Shown one piece after another: positions 37,842 to 51,034 of a DNA stretch of 64,000 nt. Source of the DNA: Podarcis tiliguerta. Lineage: Eukaryota. The position numbers and the translations under genes were made by a program. The stretch is taken from the NCBI GenBank assembly GCA_965153285.1, contig OZ229115.1, one strand, 5' to 3'. A model generated the notes under the pieces. That model ran no database searches. It had not been told where the DNA came from and worked only from the letters and a program-made list of their open reading frames with translations. Position 1 is the first letter of the stretch; every line of letters starts with the position of its first letter.

Positions 37842-38797
37842 TGAAACGGCAAATGGTACAGTATCAAAACAAAAAGCAGCATTAATGTCTGAAAGCCTGC
37901 ATAAACACAAACAGCCAAGTTTTAACCTGATGTCTAAATAGCTTCTTATACTTTACAATGTCAATTTATAGCACTTTTCCTGACTTTTTCAAGAGTTGTT
38001 CACTTTGGTTGCCATTGATAATAATTTTTCCTCTTCCAATCTCAGTCTGCACAGAATTGTATGAGGGGCAGGCATTTTTACATAGGGGTAGGCATTTTTC
38101 TCTCTGTACAATTCACTCTGAGTGCAGCATCAAGCTATGTTGCTCTCAGGGGGACTTGCTGTATTGTATTCAAAGCGTGCAGTGGCGAAAAGGAAGGAGC
38201 CCCATTCACTACTAGCTGCTCCAGAGTGTGAGCAGCTACATTACCCAGGGCTTTTTAAAGGGCAAGGGGGGAAAATACCATACAGAAATGGTGCTGTAGT
38301 CATTGGACACCTCTTAAAGGGATCTACAGAATCGAGTGGATTCATGATCCGATCCTGGTTATGATCCATCCAGATCAAATGAGGTGAGTCTGCTTTGGAA
38401 TAAAACTTCTGCAGATTCCTTCCCCATCATATATGACAAAAAGAGTACACTAGTTTAGGATTGACTAAAGCTGCTGTTTAAGGATACGTTAGCCTTGTGT
38501 GAAGGGATACTCTTGATTGAGAATCCACAACTTTCCTTGACAACCCAGTCCCAGTTTTTAATCACTTTCCCCTGCTGAACAAACTGCACCTTAATTTCTA
38601 CTTTCAATCTGTCCGGTAGTGCTCTCTCCTTGTGCTTTCTGTCGCATATTATAACTGATATTTCTCTCTTAGCTTGTTCTTCAAAGGGGGATTTGTCAAG
38701 TTGGAAAGCATTAGAGCAGAAGCAGAGAAGAAAGACCCCGTTATTCCGAGCTAAGTAGGTTGTTGCTTGGAAGCTGGCAGGGGAGGGAAGCGAGGGT

Positions 38798-39006
38798 NNN
38801 NNNNNNNNNNNNNNNNNNNNNNNNNNNNNNNNNNNNNNNNNNNNNNNNNNNNNNNNNNNNNNNNNNNNNNNNNNNNNNNNNNNNNNNNNNNNNNNNNNNN
38901 NNNNNNNNNNNNNNNNNNNNNNNNNNNNNNNNNNNNNNNNNNNNNNNNNNNNNNNNNNNNNNNNNNNNNNNNNNNNNNNNNNNNNNNNNNNNNNNNNNNN
39001 NNNNNN
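38798..39006. other. Assembly gap (209 N)
   Basis: Run of n characters. Confidence 1.
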
Positions 39007-40192
39007 AAACACATTTTACTGCTTTTTTGTCCATGTTTAAAAAGCACCGGTGACCTTTTTTTATTTAGCGTGCCCCAGGTGTAATGCTGAGGCTGATCCT
39101 CTTAGGGTTTATAACCTCAACAGAGAGTGCCTTTACCCAACGGAGGGATGATTTAAAGGAGGGCTAGAAATATGAGGCCTCACTGGTACTCGCACAAGTC
39201 TCTTGCTCTGCCTTTCCAGAGTGAAATGGTGGCTTGCCTTGGAAATGGTATAGGGAAAGGAGCTCTCGCTGAGAAAGGTTTGGTCAGGTTGTTGGTTGCT
39301 ATTACAGATTAGTGCTTGGGAAGGAGGGGAAGGCTGGACTTAAGGGTGCTGAACAATTAGCACAATTACCAATACATTTGCATCCTCCATACTAGATTGC
39401 AGAGTAGGTTAATATAACCAAAAAGCTCCATTGCTATGTAGAAGACAAAGCCAAGAGAAATCTAGGGTGAAATTCAACATCTTGGTATTGCAAACATTCT
39501 GTTCTCACAAGTACCGTATATCAGCTGGCCAGAGAGAACAATCCCCCCTCCCCATATGCTATTCTGGGTTCTTCTTACCCTCTCCCCAGCCAATTTCACA
39601 GTGGGAATAGTGGGAGGAAATCCCCGTTGCAGAGGCCTTCAACTGATGGGGTTTGTTAGGTAAATCCTGCCCCCCGATATTTGGGCAATCTTCAGTGGTT
39701 CCAAGATGTTTGGTGACTTGGAAGCATTTATTCTCCATGATATTTTGGTGCCATTCCACTGGTTCGATTCAAGAGACAAAGGAGAAATACAATATTATAT
39801 TCATTTAACAGCGTTCTCTGCTTTTTGATTTCAACCATTTTGCTAGGAATGTCAAGTTTCTTTGAGAGGACAGGAAAGATGACCCAGTGTTGAGAGTGTC
39901 CAGGGGGCATGAGGAGACATAATTTTCCCTTGTACATAGTAACTCCCTAGGGAACAAAGGCTGCTGGTGTATCACAGGGTCCAATCACAAGAGTTCAGGT
40001 TGCCTTTTGTGGGTTTTTTGTGGGGTGGGTTGAATTGACTGGCTTATTTCTTTTTTTAAAAAAAAACCTTCATGATTATAGTGTCAATAGTTGTATAGTG
40101 TATAGTTGTCCTGTACAACTATACAGGGTTAATTGATTTGGATGGTTGAGGATTTGGTGAAATTCTCCAACACTTTTGTTTATTTAGAAACT

Positions 40193-40330
40193 CAGGGATG
40201 GGGAACCTGTAGCCCTCTAGATGTTTTTGAACTCGAGCTACCAATAGCCACAGCCAGCATGGCTAATGGTCAAGGATAATCGCTGTTTTAGTCTAGGAAA
40301 ACCAGGAAGGCCTCAGGTTCACACTCTGCC
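40193..40330. mobile_element. Non-autonomous hAT-like MITE, same family as 15741
   Basis: cagggatggggaacctgtagccctctagatg...cagcatggctaatggtcaaggat...cctcaggttc. Confidence 0.55.
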
Positions 40331-42556
40331 CTCAGTTAGGTAGACTAAGTACAGATTATCTCCTGTTTTGGCCCATTGTCTGCATGAAGAAAGAGGTTTT
40401 CTGAGGAGAGCATGAGCTGGGACCTAATTTTTCAAAGTAGATGTGCATCCATACCTTCTCCTTCAGGATTTTCTTTTCAAACAAAAATACAGGAAAACAG
40501 ACTCCATGCAGGAATAAGAACTTGCCCTTAAGGGAACCCAGGGTCCATTGGCCACATTAGAATGGGCCCAGTTAACTTTCCGATCACAATCCACAGGTTG
40601 AAGGACACTGCTCATTAGTCAAGAGGTTATGTGACCTCAAATTGTTATTCTTTTGATTCAGAAAAGTGCAAATTGTAAGCACTAAAACAATGGACCTTTC
40701 GTATTTTCTGGTGGCAGACAATGTGCCACAAAGAAAGACTTAATCTTCCTCTCCCTCAATCTATCATCCACCCATCCATCCCTTCTTCTTGTTTCCTCTT
40801 CGCCCTCAAATCCATTTTTTACCTGCTATCAAAAAGATGGTTGTGGTGTCATTGGGGTGACCCACCTTTGATCAAATCTGAGTCCAGCTTTGAGCACAAT
40901 CTACCAGCCAACAACCAAACACTAATGCTGGTAGGAAGGAGGAAGATGGGCATTTAAAGCTGACAAGATTTCTAATTCTAAACCTTCTGCTCCCATTCCT
41001 CCCCCTCCATCCCATCTATGTGCCTGATAATTCTCCTGACGCAGCCTAAATGGAGAAGCAGTTGCCATTCCACCTTGGTGAAATGAGAAACACAAATGAA
41101 GTGCAGTTTGGTGCTAGAGCAGGGGCTTGACTCACTGATACAGTGTTTAACATGCTGCCGAGGTATTTAGAATAGAACCGCTTGCTACAATTTTAAGAAG
41201 ACAGTTTATTCATCTAAACGGCAAGCGTATGTAGAAGAGGGTCTGAGATTGACGTCTTTGGGATTAGTTTAGCCCTGCATTTTTTCTGGAGGTCGTTGTC
41301 ATGGTGCTCAGGAGGTTTGTCGAATAAATGGGGCCAGCGTTCTTCTTGGGACCACATGCTAAAAACTAATACATAACGTTTAATTTACTGTCTCCGTAGC
41401 TAGCCCAGCCATTTTTCAGATAATAATATTGGATTAGAGCGACTTGCAAGGGTGGATGGGAGTGGGCAGGCAGGCATGTGGGGGCTGATGAGGAGCAATG
41501 AGAGTCGTTGTTGAGGTTCCTTGAAGCAGAGTCGATGGCTTGTGCACTTTTATTTCTTCACAGAAGCAAATTGAAAAGGGAAGTATCTTTAACTCCTGCG
41601 ATCAGGTTGTTACATGCAATCTGAGAAAGAAGGCAAGGGTTTACATTGCAACCAGAGCCCTCCCTGATGTCAAAATATTGTATCTAGCCTATTATGATAT
41701 GGGGAGAAGGATCCCATCCTTTAGCTTCAAATTTTATTTTGCTATCTTGGCCCTTTCTGACAGAAAGATGGTCACATTTTTGCAAGGTAGGTGCTTCTCT
41801 GAAAATTGTTTCTTGCTGCAGTTAGAAGACCACGGTATTTGTTCCTCAAATGGTTGGTTCATGTAGAATTTTATAAACATTGTTTTATTTGCCTATTTAT
41901 TTAATAAACTTACACCCCCCTTTTTCAAATAAATTATAATAAACTACATGATCACAAAACACAAGGAAACATCAGTTAAAACAGCAAAACAGTAACAGTT
42001 TTCACCCCCTGCTACTTCATTATCTCAAAAGACAGGGGCTTTCAGCTGACACAAACTTATTTGGGTTTAAAGTGTCTATGTATATGACTAATCTGAGCTG
42101 AAGTTGAATCAGTCAAGATTATAAATCCAAACCCAACTATAACACTTTGATAAGTTTAGTGAGGAGCTGTTGGTTAGTTTTTGCACATTACACACCAGCC
42201 CAGAGAAGTTAATGTAATTGGGTTGGCAAATTTCCTAGAAAATAGGCTAATAGCCATTGACATGCAAATATATGTACATTTAAAGTTGTTCACTACTTAG
42301 TTGAGCTTATTTTCCAGAGCTCAGATGGTTTGGAGTGGGTGGGCACCTTGCCTCGGGTCACCGCTGGGGATGGGGGATAATCCAGTGGTAACAGAGAAGT
42401 GGGTGATATGAGGCTAGGCTGGTTCAGAAAGGCTTTGGTTTAAAAAAAAAAAAAGTGGTCTGAATAGAGTTACTTAGAGAGTTATCAGCTGGATTAATGG
42501 GAATGGGAAGAAGACTATTTCAAGTATAACAAGCAGCCTTGTAAATGAGACAACCT

Positions 42557-42597
42557 GTTTGTTTGTTTGTTTGTTTGTTTGTTTGTTTGTTTGTTTG
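42557..42597. repeat. (GTTT)n microsatellite
   Basis: Direct reading. Confidence 0.95.
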
Positions 42598-42854
42598 TGG
42601 GGGAATTCTTTGCTACCCTAAAGGGCAGCTGAGGAACTAGAGGATTGGCAGAAGGGGCACAATGCTAACAGAGAGGGAGTCCAGCTGCCCAACTGACCCC
42701 CAGTGTGTCAGAAAGCTCCACCCATAACACTGTCCCAATGACAGTGTTTTGTGAATGATGAAGACCAAAGCAGGACATGATCAAAGGTAGCAGGGGAGGG
42801 TGTAGATATACAGGATACTAAGCTCCATCATTATCTTGACATATCCCCCTCCCC

Positions 42855-42855
<1 letters not shown>

Positions 42856-42895
<40 letters not shown>
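42856..42895. repeat. (GAAA)n microsatellite
   Basis: Direct reading. Confidence 0.95.
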
Positions 42896-42896
<1 letters not shown>

Positions 42897-44358
42897 TTCC
42901 TGAAACTACTACACAGGTCCTGGAACTAAAATTGTGGTTAATGAGGAGGGGAAGAAGAGTGAAAAAAGAAAAAGCTATCTCCTGTTGCTGAGCATGTGAG
43001 CTTCACCTGCTCACCTGCTGTTTGTCAGTAACCACTGATTTCTTTTTTTGGGGGGGGGGGGCTGCACTCCACCTGAAAATGAAAACATTTGCACAAATGA
43101 CAAAGCATTTGCAAATCTATGCAAATGGGTGGAGAGTCAAATCAATATATAGTGTAGTGAGCCCAGAAAATCCTGTTAGCATCCCTGTTCTCAGTAATGA
43201 AGCTCCTTAAAATATTGTCAAAGCATTCTATCATTTCCCATAAATCTTTTTTGTGCATGGAATTTATACCTCTGCCATTGCTCTGAAGTTTCAAGTAAAC
43301 TGCTGACCATTTTGCCTGCATAGCTTGCGGTAAAAGAAAGGAAATGTCTGTGTTATTTGGGATAGTTCTGAGATTAACAGTATAGGAAATCCTGTACTGT
43401 AATTAGAAAAAGGTTTAATAATATACTAATATTTGTAATTACTGAATGGATCTCTGCAGTTGAATAGTGTTTGGCACCAAATGCTTCTCCCCACTGATTC
43501 TGCATTACTGCTTTTATGTCTTTTTGTTTGAGTACATTTTCTGTTTTGTTTTTGTTTTTTAAATAATATTTTATTAAGTTTTACAGAAGACATGAATCAA
43601 CAATAAACAAACAACCTCACCACATTTCTGAGAGATTTTCATGCACATTAAAAGTTAGGAGGTGCAACTGAGGTGTTTTCGCTTGTATCCCTGTTTAAAC
43701 CCTCAGATAGTATTTCAGTGGCTTAGAAAAGGCAAATAAAAAAGTTTTCTTTAACAAAAGCAGTATTTAGCATGGGCTTCCTAGAGAGCCTCGCATGTGG
43801 TCATTTGACCAAGGCACTGCTCACCTTTATCCTATGCATTTTTGGTGGCATCTTTCTTGTCCAGGTGCAGAGATAGTATTGCACATTCTTTTATAATCCC
43901 AGGTGATGTATACTTTACCTGTATGTATAATTATGTAGTTTCCCAATGTGTATGCCAGTGATACTGGAATGGAGATGATGGGGGAACATTATTTCATACA
44001 GTGCCTTTCACTTAACCCAACAATTCCAAGTTGCTGTCTTTACTTTTTTCAAATCATCTCTCTTTGCCTAGTGGGCAGTAGTTTCTGCAAGATGTAGTTA
44101 TGTACTGGTGTTTCTATGTCATGACTGCCAGTGTTGTTCTTCAGTGATGTATTTCCATGTGAGAGATACAAAACTAAATAATACAGCTACCTCTGCCACT
44201 AACACAAACTTAGGAGCACAATGTAGGACAAAGGAGGGGCAATGTTCATGCATCCATTCCTAAACATAGGCACTGTATGCAAGCCACCACACATGAGGCC
44301 CAGAAATGATATTCTTGTTTGTCCCATACTGGGTGACAGGTTTGGCATGAGGTGAATA

Positions 44359-44600
44359 CTGTGGTACCTCGGGTTACATACGCTTCAGGTTACATACGCT
44401 TCAGGTTACAGACTCCGCTAACCCAGAAATAGTGCTTCAGGTTAAGAACTTTGCTTCAGGATGAGAACAGAAATCGTGCTCCGGCGGCGCGGCAGCAGCA
44501 GAAGGCCCCATTAGCTTAAGTGGTGCTTTAGGTTAAGAACAGTTTCAGGTTAAGAACGGACCTCCGGAACAAATTAAGTACTTAACCGGAGGTACCACTG
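44359..44600. mobile_element. Tc1/mariner (Tigger-like) MITE, second copy
   Basis: TIRs CTGTGGTACCTCGGGTTA / TAACCGGAGGTACCACTG and TA flanks. Highly similar to 21887-22101, with an extra ggttacatacgcttca unit. Confidence 0.92.
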
Positions 44601-44837
44601 TATTTAGCTCTCTGAATGACTTCCTGCATCATTCTCAAAAGCCTTCTCAAGAGTTATCACACCACATGTCCATCTAACTTAGAAGATGTCCCTCACTATA
44701 GCTGGTTGTTGGTGATCATGTTTTCTTAATTAGCATTTTTTGCTATTACATATCACACATCCTTCTACGCTTCGTCTTGAGAACAAGGAACACTTTGCAT
44801 TGTTAACTGCTTCTCCCTTTCCCCGCTTCCTCCACAG

Positions 44838-44933
44838 TCAATTTTGTTGTCAGCCTCAATCAAGCGAGAAGGAGACTCTCCAACGGCATCACCTCACTCC
44901 TCAGATGATATCCATCACTCAGACAGATACCAG
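44838..44933 (+). CDS. RNF220: RNF220 coding exon (96 bp; SILLSASIKREGDSPTASPHSSDDIHHSDRYQ)
   Basis: Acceptor cttcctccacAG and donor GTGAGA at 44934, phase 0/0. Matches recalled RNF220 SLLLSASIKREGESPTASPHSS..DDLHHSDRYQ. Confidence 0.96.
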
Positions 44934-45249
44934 GTGAGAGAGCAACCAGGAGGACTCAGCTGATGACTGGAAGCCAGGAGTTACTAAGTGCCACTACTAG
45001 TTCTTTCAGTGCTGCCATTCAAGTCCTTAACTTTTTAGCCTTTTATGTTTTTCAGGGATTATAATATCCCACTTGTTTAATGCATATATCCTTGCATCTG
45101 GGAAATCTTGCCAAAAAAAGTACTATGGTATACAAATGTTAAATAATACCCTTAACAGGTTTGCACCCAGTATAGCTTTCTGGTTCCTAATACTTCTTGG
45201 TGCATCGTGGCATAAAATACAGTTGTTAAGTTAATAATACAGTTACAGT

Positions 45250-45250
45250 T

Positions 45251-45281
<31 letters not shown>

Positions 45282-45480
45282 CCCCACCCATTCCTATTTA
45301 TACCCCACCCACTCTGGGCGGCTTACAGCATATCTAAAAACAAAAAATCTCCCAGTACAGGGCTGCCTTCAGATGTCTTCTAAAAGTTGTCTTCTAAAAG
45401 TTATCTCCTTGACATCTGAAGGGAGGGCATTCTGCAGGGAGAGTGCCACTACTGAGAAGGCCCTCTGCCTGGTACACTGT
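45250..45480 (-). mobile_element. L2-like LINE 3' end with (AAT)n tail
   Basis: (aat)n, then taccccacccactctgggcggcttacagc...gccactactgagaaggccctctgcctgg. Confidence 0.7.
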
Positions 45481-45532
45481 AACTATTATTGAATAACGTT
45501 AGTTTTAATATTACTGTATTTTGTAAATAATA

Positions 45533-45899
45533 GGGACGCGGATGGCACTGTGGGTAAAACCACAGTGCCTAGGGCTTGCCGATCGTATGGTCGGCGGTTC
45601 GAATCCCCGTGGCAGGGTGAGCTCCCGTCTTTCGGTCCCAGCTCCTGCCCACCTAGCAGTTCGAAAGCACCCCTAAGTGCAAATAGATAAATAGGTACCA
45701 CTTTATGGTGGGAAGGTAAATGGCGTTTCCGTGTGCTGCGCTGGTGCTGGCTCGCCAGAGCAGCTTCATCACGCTGAGCACGTGACCTGGAAGTGTCTCC
45801 GGATAGCGCTGGCCCCCGGCCTCTTAAGTGAGATGGGCGCACAACCCTAGAGTCGGACACGACTGGCCCGTATGGGCAGGGGTACCTTTACCTTTTCTT
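45533..45899 (+). mobile_element. Sauria SINE, full length
   Basis: gggacgcggatggcactgtgggtaaaacc...ggttcgaatcc...ggggtacctttaccttt. TSD TATTTTGTAAAT at 45517-45528 and 45900-45911. Confidence 0.92.
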
Positions 45900-47226
45900 T
45901 ATTTTGTAAATGGATGGAAAATAGGACTAAGCATAATGCCCCAGTTAGCCAGAAACAAGTCACCACCAGTGGGACTCCATTCTGAAAACCATGTAAATGG
46001 AATTTGCAGGTGTAAAAAGTGTTGTAGCCTTGTCAATTTTATTGGTCAGTAAGTTTTGTATAGTTTATTAAGGTGTGAACACAAAGGTTATCTGTTGTAT
46101 TGTGTTCAAAGCCAATAGAAGGTCACTGTACAACTGCAGTTCCTATTAGAGTCTGAAATATGCGCACGCACACATTATGGGGTGCTGCCCATCAACTCCA
46201 TGGGTATATGGGCTGTACTACTAGTTGGAATGCAGCCAGTGCATAACTGTGCTAATGAATCAGTAGTGGTCTGAGGCTGGGATGAACGTTTGTGTCTATT
46301 GTATGACTAATATATCTAGCATTATATGTCTTTTCTTAATTGTTAGTAGCTCCTGCCATAGTCATAGTTTATATAGTTCAGACTATGCCAGAGATATGAA
46401 GTGCTCACACTCTGTACTTTCTGCTAGTTCATGCTCTCAAAAATGAATCAACACTGTTCTGAATATTGTCAAATACAGATAAACATTGCTAATAGTATTC
46501 TTCTGTATGCAGTAAGTGATCCCAGTTTGCATTTGATGGCTTTACTTTTCACAACAGGCACTTCACAGACTCATAAATTCTTGATGGAGAGGCAAATGGG
46601 AATTATAGTTTGCTTTTATAGGGTAGAAGACTGGAGGATGATCCTTTTTTGTATTTTTACTGCTCTAGAATTTGCAGGCCGGAGTAGTACAAAGCAACTC
46701 CAGTGTATAACTAGAATATGACTAGGGAAATACACAGGCATCAGAGATAAATCTCCTCTGGGAGCTAATCCAATGGGCTTTATGCAAATAAAATAAAATA
46801 AAATTCTCCCCTTGATTCCAAGAGCTGCAAGCTGAGCTTTTCACGTGCTGGATGTGTGCCCTGATTACATATTTCTTTAAAACTGCAGTGCTGGTAATTT
46901 TGCATTGCAAGTTCTTTATGGCATTTATGACCAGCTAGGAAATATACTGTATATATTAGTGAGAGACTGGGAAGCAAACTTTTGCTTATGAGGTTGTTCT
47001 AAAGGAAATTTCACAAAGTTTGCACTGATAAGGTCTGTTGGTGGCTTAGCAAGGACAGAAGCAGTTCACCATTTAGCCCATAGTGATCACATGAAAACTT
47101 AACCTGCAATTACATGGGGGGGGGGCCTCTCTGTGATAAAGCAACTATTTCCACATCCCTGCTACCAGTGATATGTAGAGAACATATATTTTATGTGGAT
47201 AAATGGTGCAGTCAGCTGCCATGAGG

Positions 47227-47348
47227 TTACAAAAGGTAGATGCAGATTACCATTTACTATGTAATTGCCACTTGCAAACACTACGGCATGCATGCATTTG
47301 CAGGTGGCAATTACATAGTAAATGGTAATCTGCACCTACCTTTTGTAA
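47227..47348. repeat. Long inverted repeat: 52-bp arms, 18-nt spacer, 2 mismatches
   Basis: 47227-47278 is the reverse complement of 47297-47348 at 50 of 52 positions. Confidence 0.97.
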
Positions 47349-50300
47349 AGCATCAACAGAGCTGTCCTGTCCAAGCTTTCTAAAATTCCTTACAGAATAA
47401 CCACATGAACCACAGCCATACATCTAGAGCTGTCAGAACTGGGCCATGGGTTGTGGTCTGCAGTTGGGAACATGGAGTCAGGACCCAAGGGAAGTGAGGA
47501 GGCAGGGTCAGAGAATAAATACTGAATAGCAATTAGTACCAGAGGTAAAATCAGAAGACAGGACTCAGGAACATAGAGTAATAAGGATCAGAGGACAAAA
47601 AACCAGCGCAGAGCCAGTAGGAGTCAGGGCCATAGTAAAATCAGGATCAGAGGGTAAACCAGAAGGCAGAACTGGGATACCTCCACATGACCTGTTTATT
47701 GAACATTCATCCTTGTTTTACTCTGGAAAGTAAAGGTGCTACTGGAAGGATTTTTTTTATTTTGTTTCATCCTGGTTTGTTTGCATTGTTATATGGCTTC
47801 CTGTCAATCATTTCCAACACTTTCTAGTGTATTGCCTCATCACTTTTCGCACCACCAAAGTCCTTTTTCTAAAGTGGGGTTGTTGTGCAAGAGCACCAGA
47901 ATGCTTTAATCTACTTTAATTGTGCAAACCTAAATTAGCTGGTATGCAATTGAATCTTTCCCACAAAATAGTAGCAGTCTGGAATGGATCTTAGTAGAAC
48001 AAGCAAAGTTCTACTGAGACAAGAAGCCCTCTTGTTTTCCTTCCTGTCCAGGCTTGAATAGTCATTCTGGAAGGTACCTGCCCAAGAAGTTGTAGTGATT
48101 TTGCTTGCCACATGGGGTAATTAATGGTCAACAGTTCCTGAAATATGTATTTAGATCTAGTTGGATACAAATGTAATATGGTAAAGCAAGGGAAAATTCA
48201 GAAGGAACAGAATTAGGAAGTGTAGCATTACTATGAGAGCTGGAAGGTTGATCAGAAAACTAGGATCTAGTCCAAGTTATAATTTGGCAGCCAAAATTAG
48301 TTGCTAGCTCTCTCTCCTACTTGGCTGTTTGGCACCTATACTGCATTTTTCTGTGTTCTTATAGAAAAGGGGAGAAATGTTTTAAGTTAACAGTGTTGTC
48401 CCACATGCATTTGATTTAAACTAGAGTTATAGAAAGGCTACTACAAATATTGTTGTGGAATTATGGTATAAAGAAAAAGAACAGATTATGTTGCAATTGA
48501 AACTGTCCCCTCTGCATTTGCAGCTCAGGCCCAGAAGCCTTGAATTGTTTTCAGAGAGAGCAAGTGAAACTGACAGGAAGTTGTTGGTTTTTTTGAGTGA
48601 TCATGTTGAGTGAAATAGCAACGGCAGGATGGTTGAGGAAAAGAGGTGAAAAGAAGCAGAAATGTAGGTAGGTAGGTAAATGAGAGGTTTGAAGTTGCTC
48701 TGGCTGCATTAATCTGACATCTCTTGAGTAACGCAAGAAGAACAGTATTGCTTTTTGAAAATGGAATTTTTATACTGTGTCCTTTCTTCCCAGCTTTCTG
48801 CATAAGAATAGGATTAATGACATGACTGTTTCTTGACAAAAAGAAAGAGCTGTTCCAGTTAAAGAGTATGTTAGCATTCTAACACAGAGAATCAATTTAG
48901 GTCAGGTCCTAGAAAATATTGGAGCACTCCTATCTCTCCTTGTAATAAATGTGAAATGAGGATGCTAAGCACTAGACAGAGTCAGGTTCCAATATTCCAG
49001 ACCAGGGTTTGGATAGTAAGTAGAGTGGAGCTGCTTGGTAAAAGTGCAATTTGCCTGAAGAAAAATCCATTAAAAATAGGATTTCACCCTCTCTCTAGGC
49101 AGTCAAACTGAGAGGAGGAGCCAATCTCATTCAGCCCAGGTATATTCTGCCTTTGGCAGAATCAGTAGGCTATAGCTCCTTCTGTAAATGTGCCACCTTC
49201 CATAGATATTGCCAGCATGTACAGTACTAATCAGGCCATTAAAATATGCTTACATTATCCAGTTTATTACAGAGACTCAGTTTTGCTTTGCACAAGTACA
49301 CACAATGCCTTTGTTGGTTGCTGGCTGGTCTTTATATGGGCTGATCTTGTCTTCCAAAGATTCATAATACGCACATCCTTTGAAGATGTGCTTAAACAGT
49401 AGAGTGAAGGAATTCCCTATGGTACTCCCTAAACTCCAAGATACGTTACAGTATTTTGCACCCAGAAATATAAAGACTAGTATATTGTGATGTGCTGCAT
49501 TCTTGCACGAGTCACTGAGGGATAGTCCATTGGCAACTCAAGTGCATCAGATAATGTGGATAAAGCTTCTAAAGGAGAGGCTCAGTGTACTAGAACGAAG
49601 CTGCCAGCCGAGACTTCACTTGAAACAATTGCTCTCCTCCTCTCTCCTCAAAACCTCAATAATATGTATTTTACTACTTGTTTTAGCTTACAAACTAATG
49701 TCTTAACATCTGTGAAATATAAAGCATTTCATTCATATATCAGTTTGTGACAGATGCAATGCATTCGCTGTTTCTTAAAATCAGTGCAGACTTAGCATAC
49801 AGAGGTGCTAATTAGGAATATAAATAGACAGCAGACAGTTGAGATTGCCCAAAATACTTGATTTTTCTCTTTCCCCCCCTTCAAAATCATACTGTCTACT
49901 TCTGTGCATATTGACCTAAGATATCTTATCTGCAATTGACCCCAGTGAATTATAATGAATATAAATGGGAACAGACTACAATAAAAATTAGTAATCTCTC
50001 ATTTAAGACTGTACAACTAGTGTCCCCACCTTGTAGGGGAGCTGTGCAAGAGATATCAAAATGAGTTAAAATAGCAGAGAGATCAGAAGGGTGCAGACCT
50101 GTCCCAAATGTCATCCCTTAAGTTATGTATTTACTGAAAAGAAACATGGAAAAGCCCGGTATATTGAAATAATTCAAAAGCTTAGGAAAAAAGCATTTCG
50201 AGAGGCTTACGGTTTTTAAAGGTTGTTTTTTTAAAAAAGCAATTTAGGCCTCAGGATTGCAACACTGTCACACATGTTTGCCTTTAAACACTTGGATAGT

Positions 50301-51034
50301 CTTTGATGGCTTCAGCAGGATTGCTAATAGGATCAAAGTGAATCACTTCCCTTAAGTGTTTGCAGGATGTGGACCCTGGTTGGCAGGATAAAGGCCATTT
50401 TATAGATTTATCATTCTTGCAATCACTGACTGTGACTTTAGAGTCATAAAAGAATAAAATAATGACTGCTTTGTCCAATACCATGTTGTATTTGGTAAGG
50501 TTTTATCTTCATTTCATCCCTATAGAGAACTTCAGCTCATCACTGCCTTTTGACAGGAAAAGGGAGGAATGCTTATGTTTCTAGGAGTCTACAAGACCTG
50601 CACACACTACTTTTTGTTAGCCCTTTTTATTATACATGCACACAGCAGATAAAATACGAAGTATTTCACATAGCTTAATAAAACACCAGACTTTCCACAC
50701 ATGCCAAGAACCATTTACTGGATGTGATTCTTACAACGTATAGTGATACCTATAGCATTTCTTAGAAAAGAGGTGGCTCTCTGAATGGAGACATCAATTT
50801 ATCAAGAGGGGTACCTTTATACAGTTGCAGCTTGTGTGCAAGTGTGCACTGCTGGGTTGTTGGTTTTCCTCTGCTTAGCCTCACAACTATTATTGCTGAG
50901 GGTTCTTAAGGTTCAAAGTTACGGAGCTGCTTATACCTGGGAAGTTACTTTATTGGTTCAGGGCACCCAAAAAGGCAGCTTGTCTTCTACAGAAAGTTGG
51001 AGTGGGTTCCTGCACTTTTTGTAGTAGAAATAAG

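Noticed and set aside
38455-39084. Long ORFs spanning 38.8-39.0 kb
   Set aside because: Artefacts of translating through the N gap.
40099-40125. 11-bp-arm hairpin tgtatagttgt/acaactataca
   Set aside because: It is short and lies in a locally repetitive tatagt tract, consistent with a slippage or template-switch by-product.
47431-47680. Degenerate gagtcagg/ggatcagagg repeats starting TGTCAG as a novel array
   Set aside because: Most likely a decayed LTR-type repeat. The units are irregular and I cannot define its boundaries.
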